This document shows positions 47,092 to 58,758 of a stretch of DNA of 64,000 nucleotides, in pieces. The stretch's first letter is position 1. Each line of letters begins with the position of its first letter. The notes beneath the pieces were generated by a model, which had not been told where the DNA came from, searched no databases, and was given only the letters and a program-made list of their open reading frames with translations. The stretch covers positions 192,001 through 256,000 of the forward strand of contig JBEPVF010000001.1 in NCBI GenBank assembly GCA_041691135.1, given 5' to 3'. Source of the stretch: Candidatus Peribacteria bacterium (GTDB taxonomy: Bacteria > Patescibacteriota > Gracilibacteria > Peribacterales > Peribacteraceae). The position numbers were made by a program, and so were the translations under genes.

Positions 47092-48054
47092 ATGAATAAA
47101 GGTATTTTCTTAGTGGGGCGACAGCAAGCCAATGAGACTTTGGATAGGGAGGGCAAGTTTCGCAATACCTTGCGACGAAACCTGTTTAACGATCACAACA
47201 CTATCGTTGCGCTGGGTAACATTGGAACAAACGACATCCCTTACTTTAGGAAAAAAATACGAGAAGTTTGTACAAAGATGCCCTATGTTGAAGTAGGAAC
47301 CGAGACAGCCATAGCGCAAGGAACTATGTTGCCTATGCATTTAACAGCAAAGAACTTTTTTGACGAGATGAAGTTTCGGGAAATCATCTGCGATTTTTGC
47401 CAACATTTAGCTGATCGACCATTAATGCATTTTTTATCGCTATTCAGCGAGGAAGATTGGGCACAGCATTTAAAGGAATGTTCGTATGCTCTGGAGAAAT
47501 TAAAACAGGACAAAGAGGTATCCGGCGAAAAGATGACTTGCTTCGAGAGACAAAGCCGGCTCAACGGACAAGCAGCGGAATTTGTTCTGGCAACTGTCTT
47601 GAAGCGTATGCTTTCGCAATTCAAATCTGATTGGGTTTTGCATGACAAAAGCGGCGGCGATATTCCTTTGGGGAAAGGTTATTCAATTATTTTTGATCAC
47701 CATAAATACAGCGGATCGTTAGTTCCTCAAAATGGCAAAGGCAATACCATCGAAGAATATGACTCAGTAATGGTAAACGGCAATCAGATACTTACCTTCG
47801 ATATAACGACCTCGTACCATGCAGTGCTTGATAAGTTTCACAAAGTTAATAATTCATGGTTTCTATCCGAGATGGTGTCAACGCCTGAACATCCCATTAA
47901 AATGAAAACTTTATTTTTTAAATCAGGAAAAAATAGTAAGCCTCATGAAGCTGTAATAAGAGGGCATGGAACGTATTTTTATTCAGAGCTACCTTTTAAA
48001 TCATTCGTTGCGTATATCTCAAAAAAGTCTGATCAAATATTTGAAAATTACTAA
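47092..48054 (+). CDS. AT-rich hypothetical protein, possible PD-(D/E)xK nuclease fold
   Basis: GQAAEF ... EYDSV ... TFDITT pattern. Confidence 0.5.
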   Translation: MNKGIFLVGRQQANETLDREGKFRNTLRRNLFNDHNTIVALGNIGTNDIPYFRKKIREVCTKMPYVEVGTETAIAQGTMLPMHLTAKNFFDEMKFREIICDFCQHLADRPLMHFLSLFSEEDWAQHLKECSYALEKLKQDKEVSGEKMTCFERQSRLNGQAAEFVLATVLKRMLSQFKSDWVLHDKSGGDIPLGKGYSIIFDHHKYSGSLVPQNGKGNTIEEYDSVMVNGNQILTFDITTSYHAVLDKFHKVNNSWFLSEMVSTPEHPIKMKTLFFKSGKNSKPHEAVIRGHGTYFYSELPFKSFVAYISKKSDQIFENY

Positions 48055-48062
48055 AGTCGCAT

Positions 48063-48509
48063 TTATTTCTCCGCCGTCACCTCCATCGGCACTGTCTGCT
48101 GCGCATTGCCGACTTGCACTTGAATGGTGAACTTACCGACAGCCTTGATAGGCTGTTCGATGACCACTGCGTCGGAAGCAATATCGAGATCGTGCTGAAC
48201 TTTGAAGGCTTCCCTGATCTGTTCCTCAGAAATAGCGGCGTAGAGCTTGCCTGTCTTGGATGCCTTGCGTGCGAGTTGAAGTGACTTGCCAGCCAGCGCA
48301 GATGCGGCCTGAACCTGTCGTGAGCGATCGCTTTCCTTTTCCTCGGCGCGCTTGCGGATCTGATCTGCGTAGCGTTTGCGCACGGTAGGCGTGGCCACGA
48401 GTGCTTTTCGGGTAGGGAGAAGGCAGTTCAGTGCAAAACCATCACCAACAACGAGGAGATCATTTTTCTTGCCGATGCCGTTTACGTCTTCCAAGAGGAG
48501 AACTTCCAT
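48063..48509 (-). CDS. rplI: 50S ribosomal protein L9
   Basis: MEVLLLEDV..G..N..VGDGFALNCLLP; GKLYAAI; PIKAVG. Confidence 0.95.
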   Translation of the reverse strand: MEVLLLEDVNGIGKKNDLLVVGDGFALNCLLPTRKALVATPTVRKRYADQIRKRAEEKESDRSRQVQAASALAGKSLQLARKASKTGKLYAAISEEQIREAFKVQHDLDIASDAVVIEQPIKAVGKFTIQVQVGNAQQTVPMEVTAEK

Positions 48510-48741
48510 AAGAGTGAGAGTGTATTGATGGGTCCGAGACCCGTCGTTCATGCAATAAAAGAGCCAATGCAGCTTACGCCAGTCAGTAGTTTTCGTCAAT
48601 GGACAAAGAGGAGCGGGGGTGTGGGGTGATAGAAAGAAAAGTGGCATTCGCGAGATTCAAGCTATTCAGACGTGAAGGAGTGAGTGCCGAACAAAAAAAA
48701 TGAACAATCATTGTAGTCGTGAGTGATTACTTGGATCTCTA

Positions 48742-50970
48742 TTACAGGAGACTGGGTAGCCACCCAAAAAATGACCACCAGCTCTTGCCGTCCTTGAATA
48801 TTCGTTGTTCTTTGACATACCAATTGTGCAACGTGAGGAAGCGATCGGAGTGGAGTGACAAGGTTCCAAGCTGCACACCCAACAGATGCTGATGATGCGT
48901 GTACGTGTAGAGAGGGGAATAGAGGAAAACGGCTGGCACGTCATTCTTCAGCACTTCCTCCAGATCTTTGAGCGCCTTCTGCCGCTCCTGTTCATTGGAT
49001 GTGCGTCGAACTGTTTCGAGCAAAGTGTCGGCTTTGAAAGAAGAATATTGCGACAGGTTGTAGGCGTCGCGGCGCAGATCCTTGGCATCGCCACTCAGCT
49101 TCTGCTTGCCGCTGGAATGCCAGTACGGATAGCTGTCCAGATTGTCGAGCAATGACTGGCCGAACAGCAGCACATCGTAATCTCGGCGCTGCATTTTATC
49201 CTGGAAGGCATCCATTGTTTCCGGCACATCCACTATCACCTGCACGCCCAACTGCAGCCATTGCTCTTTGATCTTATTGGCAATCTGCGCGTACGTCGGC
49301 GGCGCATTGCTCGTCAGCAGATGCAGCGTGAGCAATTGGCCTTTCTCGTTGCGCCGGATGCTCACCGGATCGGCGGGCTTACGACGGCGAATGAAACCTT
49401 TATCCAGATACATCTGCTGCGTCGTCAGTTTCTCGGATGCCGGTGTGTTCGCATCTTTCGACTGCAGAAAGATGTTCACCATCTGTTGCTCTTCCAACGC
49501 ACGTGCATACGTACCCGGATCAGCGGCGCGAAAGACGTAGATCGAATCGATTGTCTTGCCGCTCGGCAATGTGAGCCGCAACAGATTCTCGCCCACCCGC
49601 AGCGAGCCTGTGCCGTGTACGGTCGGGAGCGCCACCATCCATGCACCGGAGTTGGTCGGATTGCGCTGCAAGGGCAAACCATTGAGCAAGGCCGACCGGT
49701 CGATGCCATTTGCATACGTTCCCGACAGCGTAAGAACGGCACCCGTAGAAAGGTAGACGATAGGCGGCACCTTAAGGACGCCAACATCATTGGCTTCTTT
49801 TACTTCCAACAAATGTTGGAGCCGCAGACGTTCCGGTACGAACCAGCGCGAGGAGTACAACGCGCCCTGCGCGGCATCGGCATCAAAATGATAGCGCCAG
49901 TCGGTCTGGTTGATCTCGAGTAGGGGAGTATCGACGATATTCTTCTCGTGAATCGTATCGACGATGGCCTGCTTGTTGGTCCCGAGTTGCAGACCCAAAC
50001 GCAGCTTCTGATCCGTCAGCGTCGGATGATCCATATTGAAGAATAACGCGACGTACTGGGGTAGCGTGTAGCTTATGCCCTCGAAATGTTTGGGCACCGC
50101 CGGTTCACCTTTGTCGTTATGCGGCACAAAGCGAATTCCATCCAGGTTGTGAAGATCCGAGAGGAGCGACTGGTAATCCGGGAAAATACGGAACACGATC
50201 CGGTCCAGCTGATAAGGAGGCGGGATGGTGCGCTGGAATCTTTCCAATGTCACTTCAGTCGACAGGTCCGTCTCGACCACCGTTTTTATCTTGTACGGCC
50301 CGGCCCCGACGGGAGAGGTGCTGAGTCCGATGATCTGATCCAGATTATCCGGGTTGATGCCCTGGAAGGATCGTTCTGACAGCAACCCCAGCGTGAGATT
50401 GCTCGGGAAAAAACTGTACGGCTCAGCCAACTTAAAACGTACCGTCCGGTCATCGATTTTCTCGATCGTCACGCCGCGGAAGTTCTGTTGCAGAATGAGA
50501 TTCGGAAAGTTCGGTTCCTGTGTCGTGCGGTACGTGAACACCACATCATCGGCCGTCACCGGATGCGGATCTTTGTCGGTCGAATCCTGCCAGAACAAAT
50601 TATCCTTCAGCGTGAGTGTGTACGTTTTTGCATCCGACGAAACCTCCATGGTCGCCAGATCGTCTTCGATGCGTTTGGTTTCGGGGTTGTATCGCAGCAG
50701 ACCGGCGAACACGAGCGACACGATGTCGCGGTTCACATCATTCTGCACCGTGAGCCACGGATTCAACGGACCGGGAACGCCGACCGAGCCTTCGATGTAC
50801 GTTCCGCCACGCTTGGGAGTGAAGACGGTATTCTGCACGTAAAAAAGTCTGAGCAGCCCGGCGAAACTCAACACGAAGAGTGCGAGCAGGCTCAGGAGCG
50901 TGTACCGTTCCCAACGCGACATTGCCCCAAAAATTTTTAAGGCGCGGGTCCTCAAATTCATCCCAGGCAT
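48742..50970 (-). CDS. family 5 (peptide) ABC substrate-binding protein with a large insertion
   Basis: GGTYIEG, VTADDVVFT, PVGAGPY, YPYWHSS. Confidence 0.88.
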   Translation of the reverse strand: MPGMNLRTRALKIFGAMSRWERYTLLSLLALFVLSFAGLLRLFYVQNTVFTPKRGGTYIEGSVGVPGPLNPWLTVQNDVNRDIVSLVFAGLLRYNPETKRIEDDLATMEVSSDAKTYTLTLKDNLFWQDSTDKDPHPVTADDVVFTYRTTQEPNFPNLILQQNFRGVTIEKIDDRTVRFKLAEPYSFFPSNLTLGLLSERSFQGINPDNLDQIIGLSTSPVGAGPYKIKTVVETDLSTEVTLERFQRTIPPPYQLDRIVFRIFPDYQSLLSDLHNLDGIRFVPHNDKGEPAVPKHFEGISYTLPQYVALFFNMDHPTLTDQKLRLGLQLGTNKQAIVDTIHEKNIVDTPLLEINQTDWRYHFDADAAQGALYSSRWFVPERLRLQHLLEVKEANDVGVLKVPPIVYLSTGAVLTLSGTYANGIDRSALLNGLPLQRNPTNSGAWMVALPTVHGTGSLRVGENLLRLTLPSGKTIDSIYVFRAADPGTYARALEEQQMVNIFLQSKDANTPASEKLTTQQMYLDKGFIRRRKPADPVSIRRNEKGQLLTLHLLTSNAPPTYAQIANKIKEQWLQLGVQVIVDVPETMDAFQDKMQRRDYDVLLFGQSLLDNLDSYPYWHSSGKQKLSGDAKDLRRDAYNLSQYSSFKADTLLETVRRTSNEQERQKALKDLEEVLKNDVPAVFLYSPLYTYTHHQHLLGVQLGTLSLHSDRFLTLHNWYVKEQRIFKDGKSWWSFFGWLPSLL

Positions 50971-51070
50971 GATACCAGAAAAAAGAAGAGCGCGAACGGA
51001 GAAGTCTGCGACTTTGCACGAATGAGTTCATGCAAAAAACTTCATTCACCGCACATCTCACTCAGGGCTT

Positions 51071-51283
51071 TTAGAAGAACCACTCTGCGATCGTGAGGCC
51101 GAAGAAAATAACGCTCAGCCAGATCGTGAATCGAAAGATGACCTTCTCGGCACCACGACGCTGCACGAATGTGGCACCCGAACCGCCGAACGTTGCCGAC
51201 AAGCCCGACATACGGTGCTGAATCAGAATGCACAGCGACAGGAGAATAGAAACGACGACTTGTATCCAGAGGATGAAATTCAT
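51071..51283 (-). CDS. secG: preprotein translocase SecG
   Basis: ILIQ..GLSATFGG..RRGAEK with two TMs. Confidence 0.92.
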   Translation of the reverse strand: MNFILWIQVVVSILLSLCILIQHRMSGLSATFGGSGATFVQRRGAEKVIFRFTIWLSVIFFGLTIAEWFF

Positions 51284-51604
51284 GGTCGAATAGTAGGGGA
51301 AGAACTACCTTTTTTCAATGTCAGGAAAATGCAAGTAAAGATTTGACGCAATTTGAGCAATAGCCGTCTCTAGTTGGCCAGGATTACAGGAATGTGCTCC
51401 TGGCAAAATCCACTAAGATGTTATGAATTCCTTCCAATGGCACGCTCGTATGGTCATCAAAGTGTCGTTTTTTATGCAAGCAAAAGATCCACAGGGAGGG
51501 GTTGGGAGGTCCTCCTCCCAATCAAACAACTCCACCATTCGGCTCTTTACTTTATCAAAAACAGGAACCTAATCCTGGCAATGGATTATCCTCCTAAAGC
51601 CGAA

Positions 51605-51681
51605 TGGTGGGCGCCAAGGGATTCGAACCCCTGACCTACTCGGTGTAAGCGAGTCGCTCTAACCAGCTGAGCTAGGCGCCC
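51605..51681 (-). tRNA. tRNA-Val(UAC)
   Basis: Anticodon arm ACTCG-CTTACAC-CGAGT; CCA. Confidence 0.96.
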
Positions 51682-51776
51682 AAACTTCCTCTTTTATGAG
51701 TATAGAGAAACATGATCACGGCGTCGACACCACGAAAGACGTTCTTGGCATCCAAATTGCAGCCCCAGGCAGGCAA

Positions 51777-52097
51777 TTATCCTCGCAATGCTGAAAAGAT
51801 ATCCTGCATCAGCTGGACGATGGTCGAGAAGTTCAGATCGAAAGGAATATCGAGCAGACGAGCGATGATATTGACGGCAAAGAATGCGAAGAAGGTGACG
51901 AACAAACCGATAATGGCGTAGCGGATTGTGTGGACCGCCTTCTTGATTTTCTCTTCGTTTCCAGCCGACAAGATGAAGGTGATGCCGCCAAAGATGATGT
52001 AGACGAGACACAGTACCGACGCCACGATGAGGGCCAGGGCAATACCGGTGGCAACGATCTTGAGTATGTCGCCGCTTTGGAGAAGATCAGTGATCAT
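51777..52097 (-). CDS. CPR pilin-like (TrbC/VirB2-like) membrane protein
   Basis: IIFGGITFILSAGNEEKIKKA..I.YAIIGL. Confidence 0.8.
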   Translation of the reverse strand: MITDLLQSGDILKIVATGIALALIVASVLCLVYIIFGGITFILSAGNEEKIKKAVHTIRYAIIGLFVTFFAFFAVNIIARLLDIPFDLNFSTIVQLMQDIFSALRG

Positions 52098-52113
52098 GAG
52101 GAAGGGGGGTTAT

Positions 52114-52392
52114 TTAAGCCGCAACGACGGGTTCGAGAATTTTCATATTGATACGCTGTGAATGATTGCCGCCGATAATGCGAAGGAGGGTGCGAAGAGC
52201 CTGTACCGTCTGACCGTTCTTGCCGATCAATTTGCCCATGTCGCGTTCACTCACGCGGACAGTGAGCAGAATTCCCAAATCATCCTGCGTGGCCTCGATG
52301 GCCAATTGGTCATGATCTTCGACCAGAGAGTCGAGGACATAACGCAAAAAAGACAAGCCTGGCAATTCAGTGGATGTTGCGGACGTATCCAT
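52114..52392 (-). CDS. khpA: KH-domain RNA-binding protein KhpA
   Basis: DMGKLIGKNGQTVQALR; located after rpsP. Confidence 0.9.
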   Translation of the reverse strand: MDTSATSTELPGLSFLRYVLDSLVEDHDQLAIEATQDDLGILLTVRVSERDMGKLIGKNGQTVQALRTLLRIIGGNHSQRINMKILEPVVAA

Positions 52393-52408
52393 GACCAGCA
52401 GCGTAGCG

Positions 52409-52786
52409 TCAGGCTGCAGGTTTGTCACCTGATTCTGCGACGGAAGCCTCAGCAGCAGGGGCTGCAGGAGCGGCGGGAGCGGCGACTTCCTCGACGGGTG
52501 CCTTCTTGTTGCGTCGCTTGGCGTATCGCTGAATGTATTTGTCCATATTCTTGGCACCATTCTTCTTGAGCAGACGAGCTACCGTATTGCTGGGGATGGC
52601 TCCTTTGTCGATCCAGAAATTGATGCGTTCATCCTTATGCTCAAAAATCACCGGATCGCGGGCCGGCAGATAGTGTCCGACGATTTCCAGAAATTTGCCT
52701 TTAACCGGCTTCTGATGTTGCGCAACTACCATACGGTAAGTAGGCGTATTTTCGCGGCCGGTGCGCTGAAGGCGGATTACAAGCAT
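52409..52786 (-). CDS. rpsP: 30S ribosomal protein S16
   Basis: MLVIRLQRTG..P.YRMVVA..GKFLEIVGHY.P. Confidence 0.96.
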   Translation of the reverse strand: MLVIRLQRTGRENTPTYRMVVAQHQKPVKGKFLEIVGHYLPARDPVIFEHKDERINFWIDKGAIPSNTVARLLKKNGAKNMDKYIQRYAKRRNKKAPVEEVAAPAAPAAPAAEASVAESGDKPAA

Positions 52787-53017
52787 CTCAAAAGCTGGGA
52801 GAGTGTAGACAAGCCAAAACGTCAAAGCAAGATGAAATGGCTGTATTGACGGATATTTATGATGGCAAGCACAAGGACAACGGCGAACACGGTGAATTTT
52901 CGTACTCCGTAATTCGAATTCCCGCCCTGGGAGGGGATAGAATGATTTGTAAGAGTGAACGAAAGCAGCCTCCGGAATCGGTGCGGTTATTTGTCTACAG
53001 TCCATTGAACAGGCCCG

Positions 53018-53308
53018 TCAGCTTCGAGTGATCTGAATGCCTTCCAATGTCACATGTTTGCAATCGCGCTGCAGATATTCTTTGAGGAGTGACAGTACCT
53101 GATGGCATTCCTGCGCAGCAATGCTGTTGGCAGCACTGATTTGCAGTACGCTATCCTTTACGTGGAGAACGACCAGATCCCTCGCGAATTGCGGAAGGGC
53201 ATTGCGCAGCCATTCTTGCGCTTGGTGCACCATCAGCGATGCAGTGGCTTGTTGATGCAAACCACGGCGCTGGAGAATCTTGGGCAGAAGGGTATCGAGA
53301 CGATCCAT
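53018..53308 (-). CDS. DciA/DUF721 family protein
   Basis: 96 aa; VKDSVLQISAANSIAAQE pattern. Confidence 0.65.
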   Translation of the reverse strand: MDRLDTLLPKILQRRGLHQQATASLMVHQAQEWLRNALPQFARDLVVLHVKDSVLQISAANSIAAQECHQVLSLLKEYLQRDCKHVTLEGIQITRS

Positions 53309-53324
53309 GGCTTTATATTAGAGC

Positions 53325-53401
53325 AAATTCGAAACTCGAAGCACGAAATACGAAGAAAACGCACCTTATTTTTCGTATGTCGAATTTTGTACATCGTGCT
53401 T
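53325..53401. repeat. second heptamer family (AANNNCG), inverted arrays
   Basis: AAATTCG AAACTCG AAGCACG AAATACG, with an inverted partner at 53372-53401 overlapping the GT gene end. Confidence 0.65.
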
Positions 53402-54442
53402 TTTACCAGAAATAAGCAATATTTCCGCCGTCTTCTCGGCCGCTTTTTCCCAAGACCACAAGCGGGGAGCGGAAGATGGAAACTCGAAGCGAGACATCGC
53501 AGCGGCAAATGTCTGAACTGTGGGCTCGATCAACAGTGCGTTCTTCGGGGCAATTTCCGGAATCGAACCGCGGGCGGCGGCGATGACAGGGCAGCCGCAC
53601 TGCTCGGCTTCGGCGATCGGCAAACCGAATCCTTCGTAGAGCGATGCCGTAACGAGAGCCAGGGCGGCAGAATAAAGAGCGGGAAGATCGGCGTCATCAA
53701 CCGTCTCGATGAATCGCACGCCGGAAGACAACTTCAAAGTCGAGCACTCTTTGCCTCCGCAGATAAGCACGAGCTCGCGATCATCACGACGGAGGGATGC
53801 GAATGCATCGATCAGCATCTGCACATTTTTGTGTTGCTTGGCATTACCGACGTAGACGAAGAACGGTTTGTGGAGTTGGTAGAGCTCCCGAATCCGCTGC
53901 TGTTCAGATTCAGACCGGCGGGTAAAATCGGAAGACACACCTTCGTACACAGTTGTTGTCTTGGTCAGGATCGAACGACCGTAAAAATGTGCCAATTCCT
54001 GTCGCGTAAAATCGCTGACCGTGATGATGTGCCGCGCCTTGCGTACGGCGCGTGACAGCAGGATACGATAGGCAGTTTGCTTGAGCGGCGATGCGTTGTT
54101 GGGGAATCGGTGCAGAATCAGATCATGCAATGTGAATACTGCTGGAACGGTACAGAAGAACGGCACATTGAAGTGGAGCGCAAAAAAAAGATCGAGCTTC
54201 GCGCGACGGATCAAAGATGGCAGGAGAATTTGTTCGCGTAGGGTATAGTGGGAAGCTGAAACAGGTATCACCTCGACGGATTTCGGCAAGTGCCAGATCC
54301 ATTCTTCCGTTTCCGAACGAACGAACAGAACATACTCAGCGGGATCCTGCCGCCGGAGCAAGTGTGTGACAAGTTCGCGAGAATAACGGCCAAGTCCCGT
54401 GCTCGTCCCGGCAAACCGGCAGTCGATACCAATGCGCTTCAC
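53366..54442 (-). CDS. glycosyltransferase family 4
   Basis: IGIDCR, HDLI, HKNV and EGFGLPIAEA motifs. Confidence 0.92.
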   Translation of the reverse strand: MKRIGIDCRFAGTSTGLGRYSRELVTHLLRRQDPAEYVLFVRSETEEWIWHLPKSVEVIPVSASHYTLREQILLPSLIRRAKLDLFFALHFNVPFFCTVPAVFTLHDLILHRFPNNASPLKQTAYRILLSRAVRKARHIITVSDFTRQELAHFYGRSILTKTTTVYEGVSSDFTRRSESEQQRIRELYQLHKPFFVYVGNAKQHKNVQMLIDAFASLRRDDRELVLICGGKECSTLKLSSGVRFIETVDDADLPALYSAALALVTASLYEGFGLPIAEAEQCGCPVIAAARGSIPEIAPKNALLIEPTVQTFAAAMSRFEFPSSAPRLWSWEKAAEKTAEILLISGKKHDVQNSTYEK

Positions 54443-54459
54443 CTTCCCATCATAACCTC

Positions 54460-55254
54460 ATGACGATCGAAAAGGCACTCCGGCTGTCGGCTCTCGAACA
54501 TATCGATGCCGAAGTGCTGATGGCATCCATATTTGGTAAAGACCGCGCATGGATCGTGTCGCATAGAGAACACACACTCACTACGGCTCAAGAACAGCAA
54601 TGGCAAGAGATGGAGCAGCGTCGCACGGCAGGGGAACCGGTGGCATACATCGTAGGCGAGAAAGAGTTTTACGGTCGCCCGTTTGCCGTCAATCCACATG
54701 TGCTGATCCCGCGACCGGCTACCGAATCGCTGATTGATCTGGCACTTGAGTTCATCGAACTGCCGCACGAAGACGTCCGGCCTCTCGATCACAAGATTGT
54801 AGGCGTGGCGAAACCCCTCATGGAAGCGCCCATCACGACCATCGTGGATGTGGGAACCGGAAGCGGCTGCATCGCCATCACCCTGGCGATAGAACTACCA
54901 TCGATCCGCATTGTTGCGACAGATATCAGCGAGGACGCACTCGCAGTAGCCAAAAAAAATGCAGAGCGCTATGGCGTCTCGGACCGCATCACTTTTTTGC
55001 ATGGCAACGGTCTGGAACCACTGATGTCGTTTGGTGAGCCATTCCTGCTCGTCTCCAATCCGCCTTACATTCCAGCACAAACGCATCTGATGAAGGACGT
55101 GACGGATTACGAACCACACACGGCGCTGTTCGCCGGCGAAGACGGAACGGATGTGTTGCGTCAGCTGATCCGCCAGGCTGCCGATCATCCATCGTGTACC
55201 GGTTTTGTCGTGGAGTGCAGAGAAGAACAGGCGACGGTGATCCAAGATTTTTGA
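54460..55254 (+). CDS. prmC: release factor Gln methyltransferase PrmC/HemK
   Basis: GEPVAYI, LIPRPATE, DVGTGSG, SNPPY. Confidence 0.95.
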   Translation: MTIEKALRLSALEHIDAEVLMASIFGKDRAWIVSHREHTLTTAQEQQWQEMEQRRTAGEPVAYIVGEKEFYGRPFAVNPHVLIPRPATESLIDLALEFIELPHEDVRPLDHKIVGVAKPLMEAPITTIVDVGTGSGCIAITLAIELPSIRIVATDISEDALAVAKKNAERYGVSDRITFLHGNGLEPLMSFGEPFLLVSNPPYIPAQTHLMKDVTDYEPHTALFAGEDGTDVLRQLIRQAADHPSCTGFVVECREEQATVIQDF

Positions 55255-55286
55255 CGCCAGACTGTTGTGACGTATGGTAGTGCGCT

Positions 55287-56939
55287 ATGCGGGAAAATCC
55301 TGTTCGATCAGATGCGCCTGAAGAAATTAAAGGCAAAGAACAAGCGGCGATTTCGAGCACGAAGCGTCGTATTGCATTGGCCATTGCTCTAGTTGCAGGC
55401 ATCGCAACCGAAGCCGCAGGACAAAAATCTGAAACTGCAAAGACATCGGCCGCCAATGCAGTACCGGCAACGGCTAAAGAATTGCATACAAATGCCCCCT
55501 GCAAACCGCCCGATCCGGCCGAATGGTTAGCGCAGGAACAAACGTTCACTATTGAATGCAACACGGATGGAGCGAAAATGTTCTACTCGGGCGGAACGCA
55601 GGAGTACCAAAAATGTCTGTATGCGCTCGGTAAATACAGTGGGACGAATGATTCTGTCGTCAATAATCAACGTACTCCCACGTACCTGAATGTTTTGAAA
55701 GCGGTTGCAGCCCTATGCGCAACGACAGAGCAAGAGAAAAAAGAAAAGCAAAACGCTCTCGACAACTACGTCTTAGGGAATCAAAGGGCAAAAGATGCCT
55801 ATGCCTATGCGCATGCATTAGAGGCGATTGCAGCATTGGGCGCCGCAGGTAAAGAAGAATATGAAAGCATACAACAGAGCATTGACGAACATATTCGAAA
55901 ATCCCTGGATAACCGTACCAATCCACTGCTTGCCTTAGCAGCGGCAAACGCCACCATTGTCCGCGGAGGAACCAACTCACCGGCACTCATAGAAGCGGTT
56001 CACTTTGCGCTCAAAGAACTTGTCGCAGATTATACAAAGCATGTTGACGATCCCGCGGTTGCTCCAGATCAACAAGCTGCGCGCAGACATTGGATGACAG
56101 AGGCACTGTCCGAAGTATCGCGCATGGGACAGCCCGCTGCAGCCACTCGCCCATATCTGGAGGAAGCACTGCGTTACCCGGAACTGGCAGATGCAGCCAT
56201 TGATGCATTGGGGCAAATCGGACCGGACGGCGTGGCTGTCCTTATCAAGTCACTAGAAAAAGATATATCGCCCGCTCTCTGCAAGGCTCTCCTCCAGCAA
56301 TTGCGCGCATCTGAGTATCTGGAAGAAGAATCGGCGAGAAAATTCATCGGTGTGTTCCTCAACCCGCCCAAAGAAAACGATCCTGTGGCCAGAGAAAATC
56401 AATTACGAGCTGCCGCCGGCATTCTCGAAAAAAATGGTCGCAAATTCCACAGAAATAAGACTGACTCCACGTACGCCACAAAGCATCCTCACCAGGAAAA
56501 AATGGCAAAAGATGCCGCCCGTTTCATTCTTGAAGCACTGAGTAGTCGCGATAGAGCATCATCGGCATGGGCACAGGAATACTGTTCGAATCATCTGGGC
56601 CCCTGGGCTGAAGTGGCAATCGATGAATTCATCGCCGCTCTGCAAAAAAAAGGACCGGCGCCAGACAAGGAAACAACTGAACCGTTCGTGCGAGGAATGG
56701 CAGCCCGGGCACTAGGAAGTATTCAGTCAGAAAAAGCTATTTCTCCACTCTTAGGAGCATTGGAAGATCACAAAGCAGGGCCACGCCGGGACTCCGGCCT
56801 GGCGCTTCGGAAGATTGGCCTCGAGCACTTAAATCCTGATCAGGCGATACGATATGCTGGCTTCCGGCAGTGGGAAGCAAAGTATAACGAAAAGGAGAGA
56901 CAGCGAGAGTTGGAGGAAACCCGGCTGCAGAGCTACTGA
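55287..56939 (+). CDS. exported HEAT-repeat-containing protein
   Basis: N-terminal hydrophobic segment; AIDALGQIG and AARALGSI repeats. Confidence 0.7.
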   Translation: MRENPVRSDAPEEIKGKEQAAISSTKRRIALAIALVAGIATEAAGQKSETAKTSAANAVPATAKELHTNAPCKPPDPAEWLAQEQTFTIECNTDGAKMFYSGGTQEYQKCLYALGKYSGTNDSVVNNQRTPTYLNVLKAVAALCATTEQEKKEKQNALDNYVLGNQRAKDAYAYAHALEAIAALGAAGKEEYESIQQSIDEHIRKSLDNRTNPLLALAAANATIVRGGTNSPALIEAVHFALKELVADYTKHVDDPAVAPDQQAARRHWMTEALSEVSRMGQPAAATRPYLEEALRYPELADAAIDALGQIGPDGVAVLIKSLEKDISPALCKALLQQLRASEYLEEESARKFIGVFLNPPKENDPVARENQLRAAAGILEKNGRKFHRNKTDSTYATKHPHQEKMAKDAARFILEALSSRDRASSAWAQEYCSNHLGPWAEVAIDEFIAALQKKGPAPDKETTEPFVRGMAARALGSIQSEKAISPLLGALEDHKAGPRRDSGLALRKIGLEHLNPDQAIRYAGFRQWEAKYNEKERQRELEETRLQSY

Positions 56940-56971
56940 AACGATTTTGGCAGCGAAGACGCTTATGGTAG

Positions 56972-58213
<1,242 letters not shown>

Positions 58214-58217
58214 TTCT

Positions 58218-58745
58218 ATGGATAATCTATCACTGCGACCGGAACTTTTAGTAAAACCTGATCGTTTATCGTCTTCTGAAATAGTTAAACTTCGCGTGGA
58301 GGCAATAACAGAAGTTTTTAATGCGCATGCGAGGTCTGTCGGTATTTATCTGGAAGCATGGAAGGTGATGCTTTTGCGTCAAATTCCTACCAGCGAAAGT
58401 TCGACTGGGCATGCGCCTCTGCCTGATTTGGGTTCAGATTTCAGTGTGTGTCTATACCCTAATTTTGATGAAATTGACGGAACTGTAGGCCAAGCAATTA
58501 TAAACAATCGTGCTTCTCATATCTTCGTCATTGCTGATGGAAAACGTGCCTCAAAACCACAAGGTCTTACTGTGTTGCCGAATCACTTGAGCGGAAAAGA
58601 GAATGCAAATAACTATCCTGTTCTTAGCCGATCCATAGCAACGTACTCATTCCATGGAACAAGACGAATCATGAGCGATCGACAAGTTCCTGATATGCTG
58701 CAGGCGATTAGTTTTGAAAAGTTGCTGAAGCGCGAAACAGAGTAA
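58218..58745 (+). CDS. hypothetical protein
   Basis: 175-aa ORF starting 4 nt after the purA stop. Confidence 0.55.
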   Translation: MDNLSLRPELLVKPDRLSSSEIVKLRVEAITEVFNAHARSVGIYLEAWKVMLLRQIPTSESSTGHAPLPDLGSDFSVCLYPNFDEIDGTVGQAIINNRASHIFVIADGKRASKPQGLTVLPNHLSGKENANNYPVLSRSIATYSFHGTRRIMSDRQVPDMLQAISFEKLLKRETE

Positions 58746-58758
58746 TTACTGTCATTTT

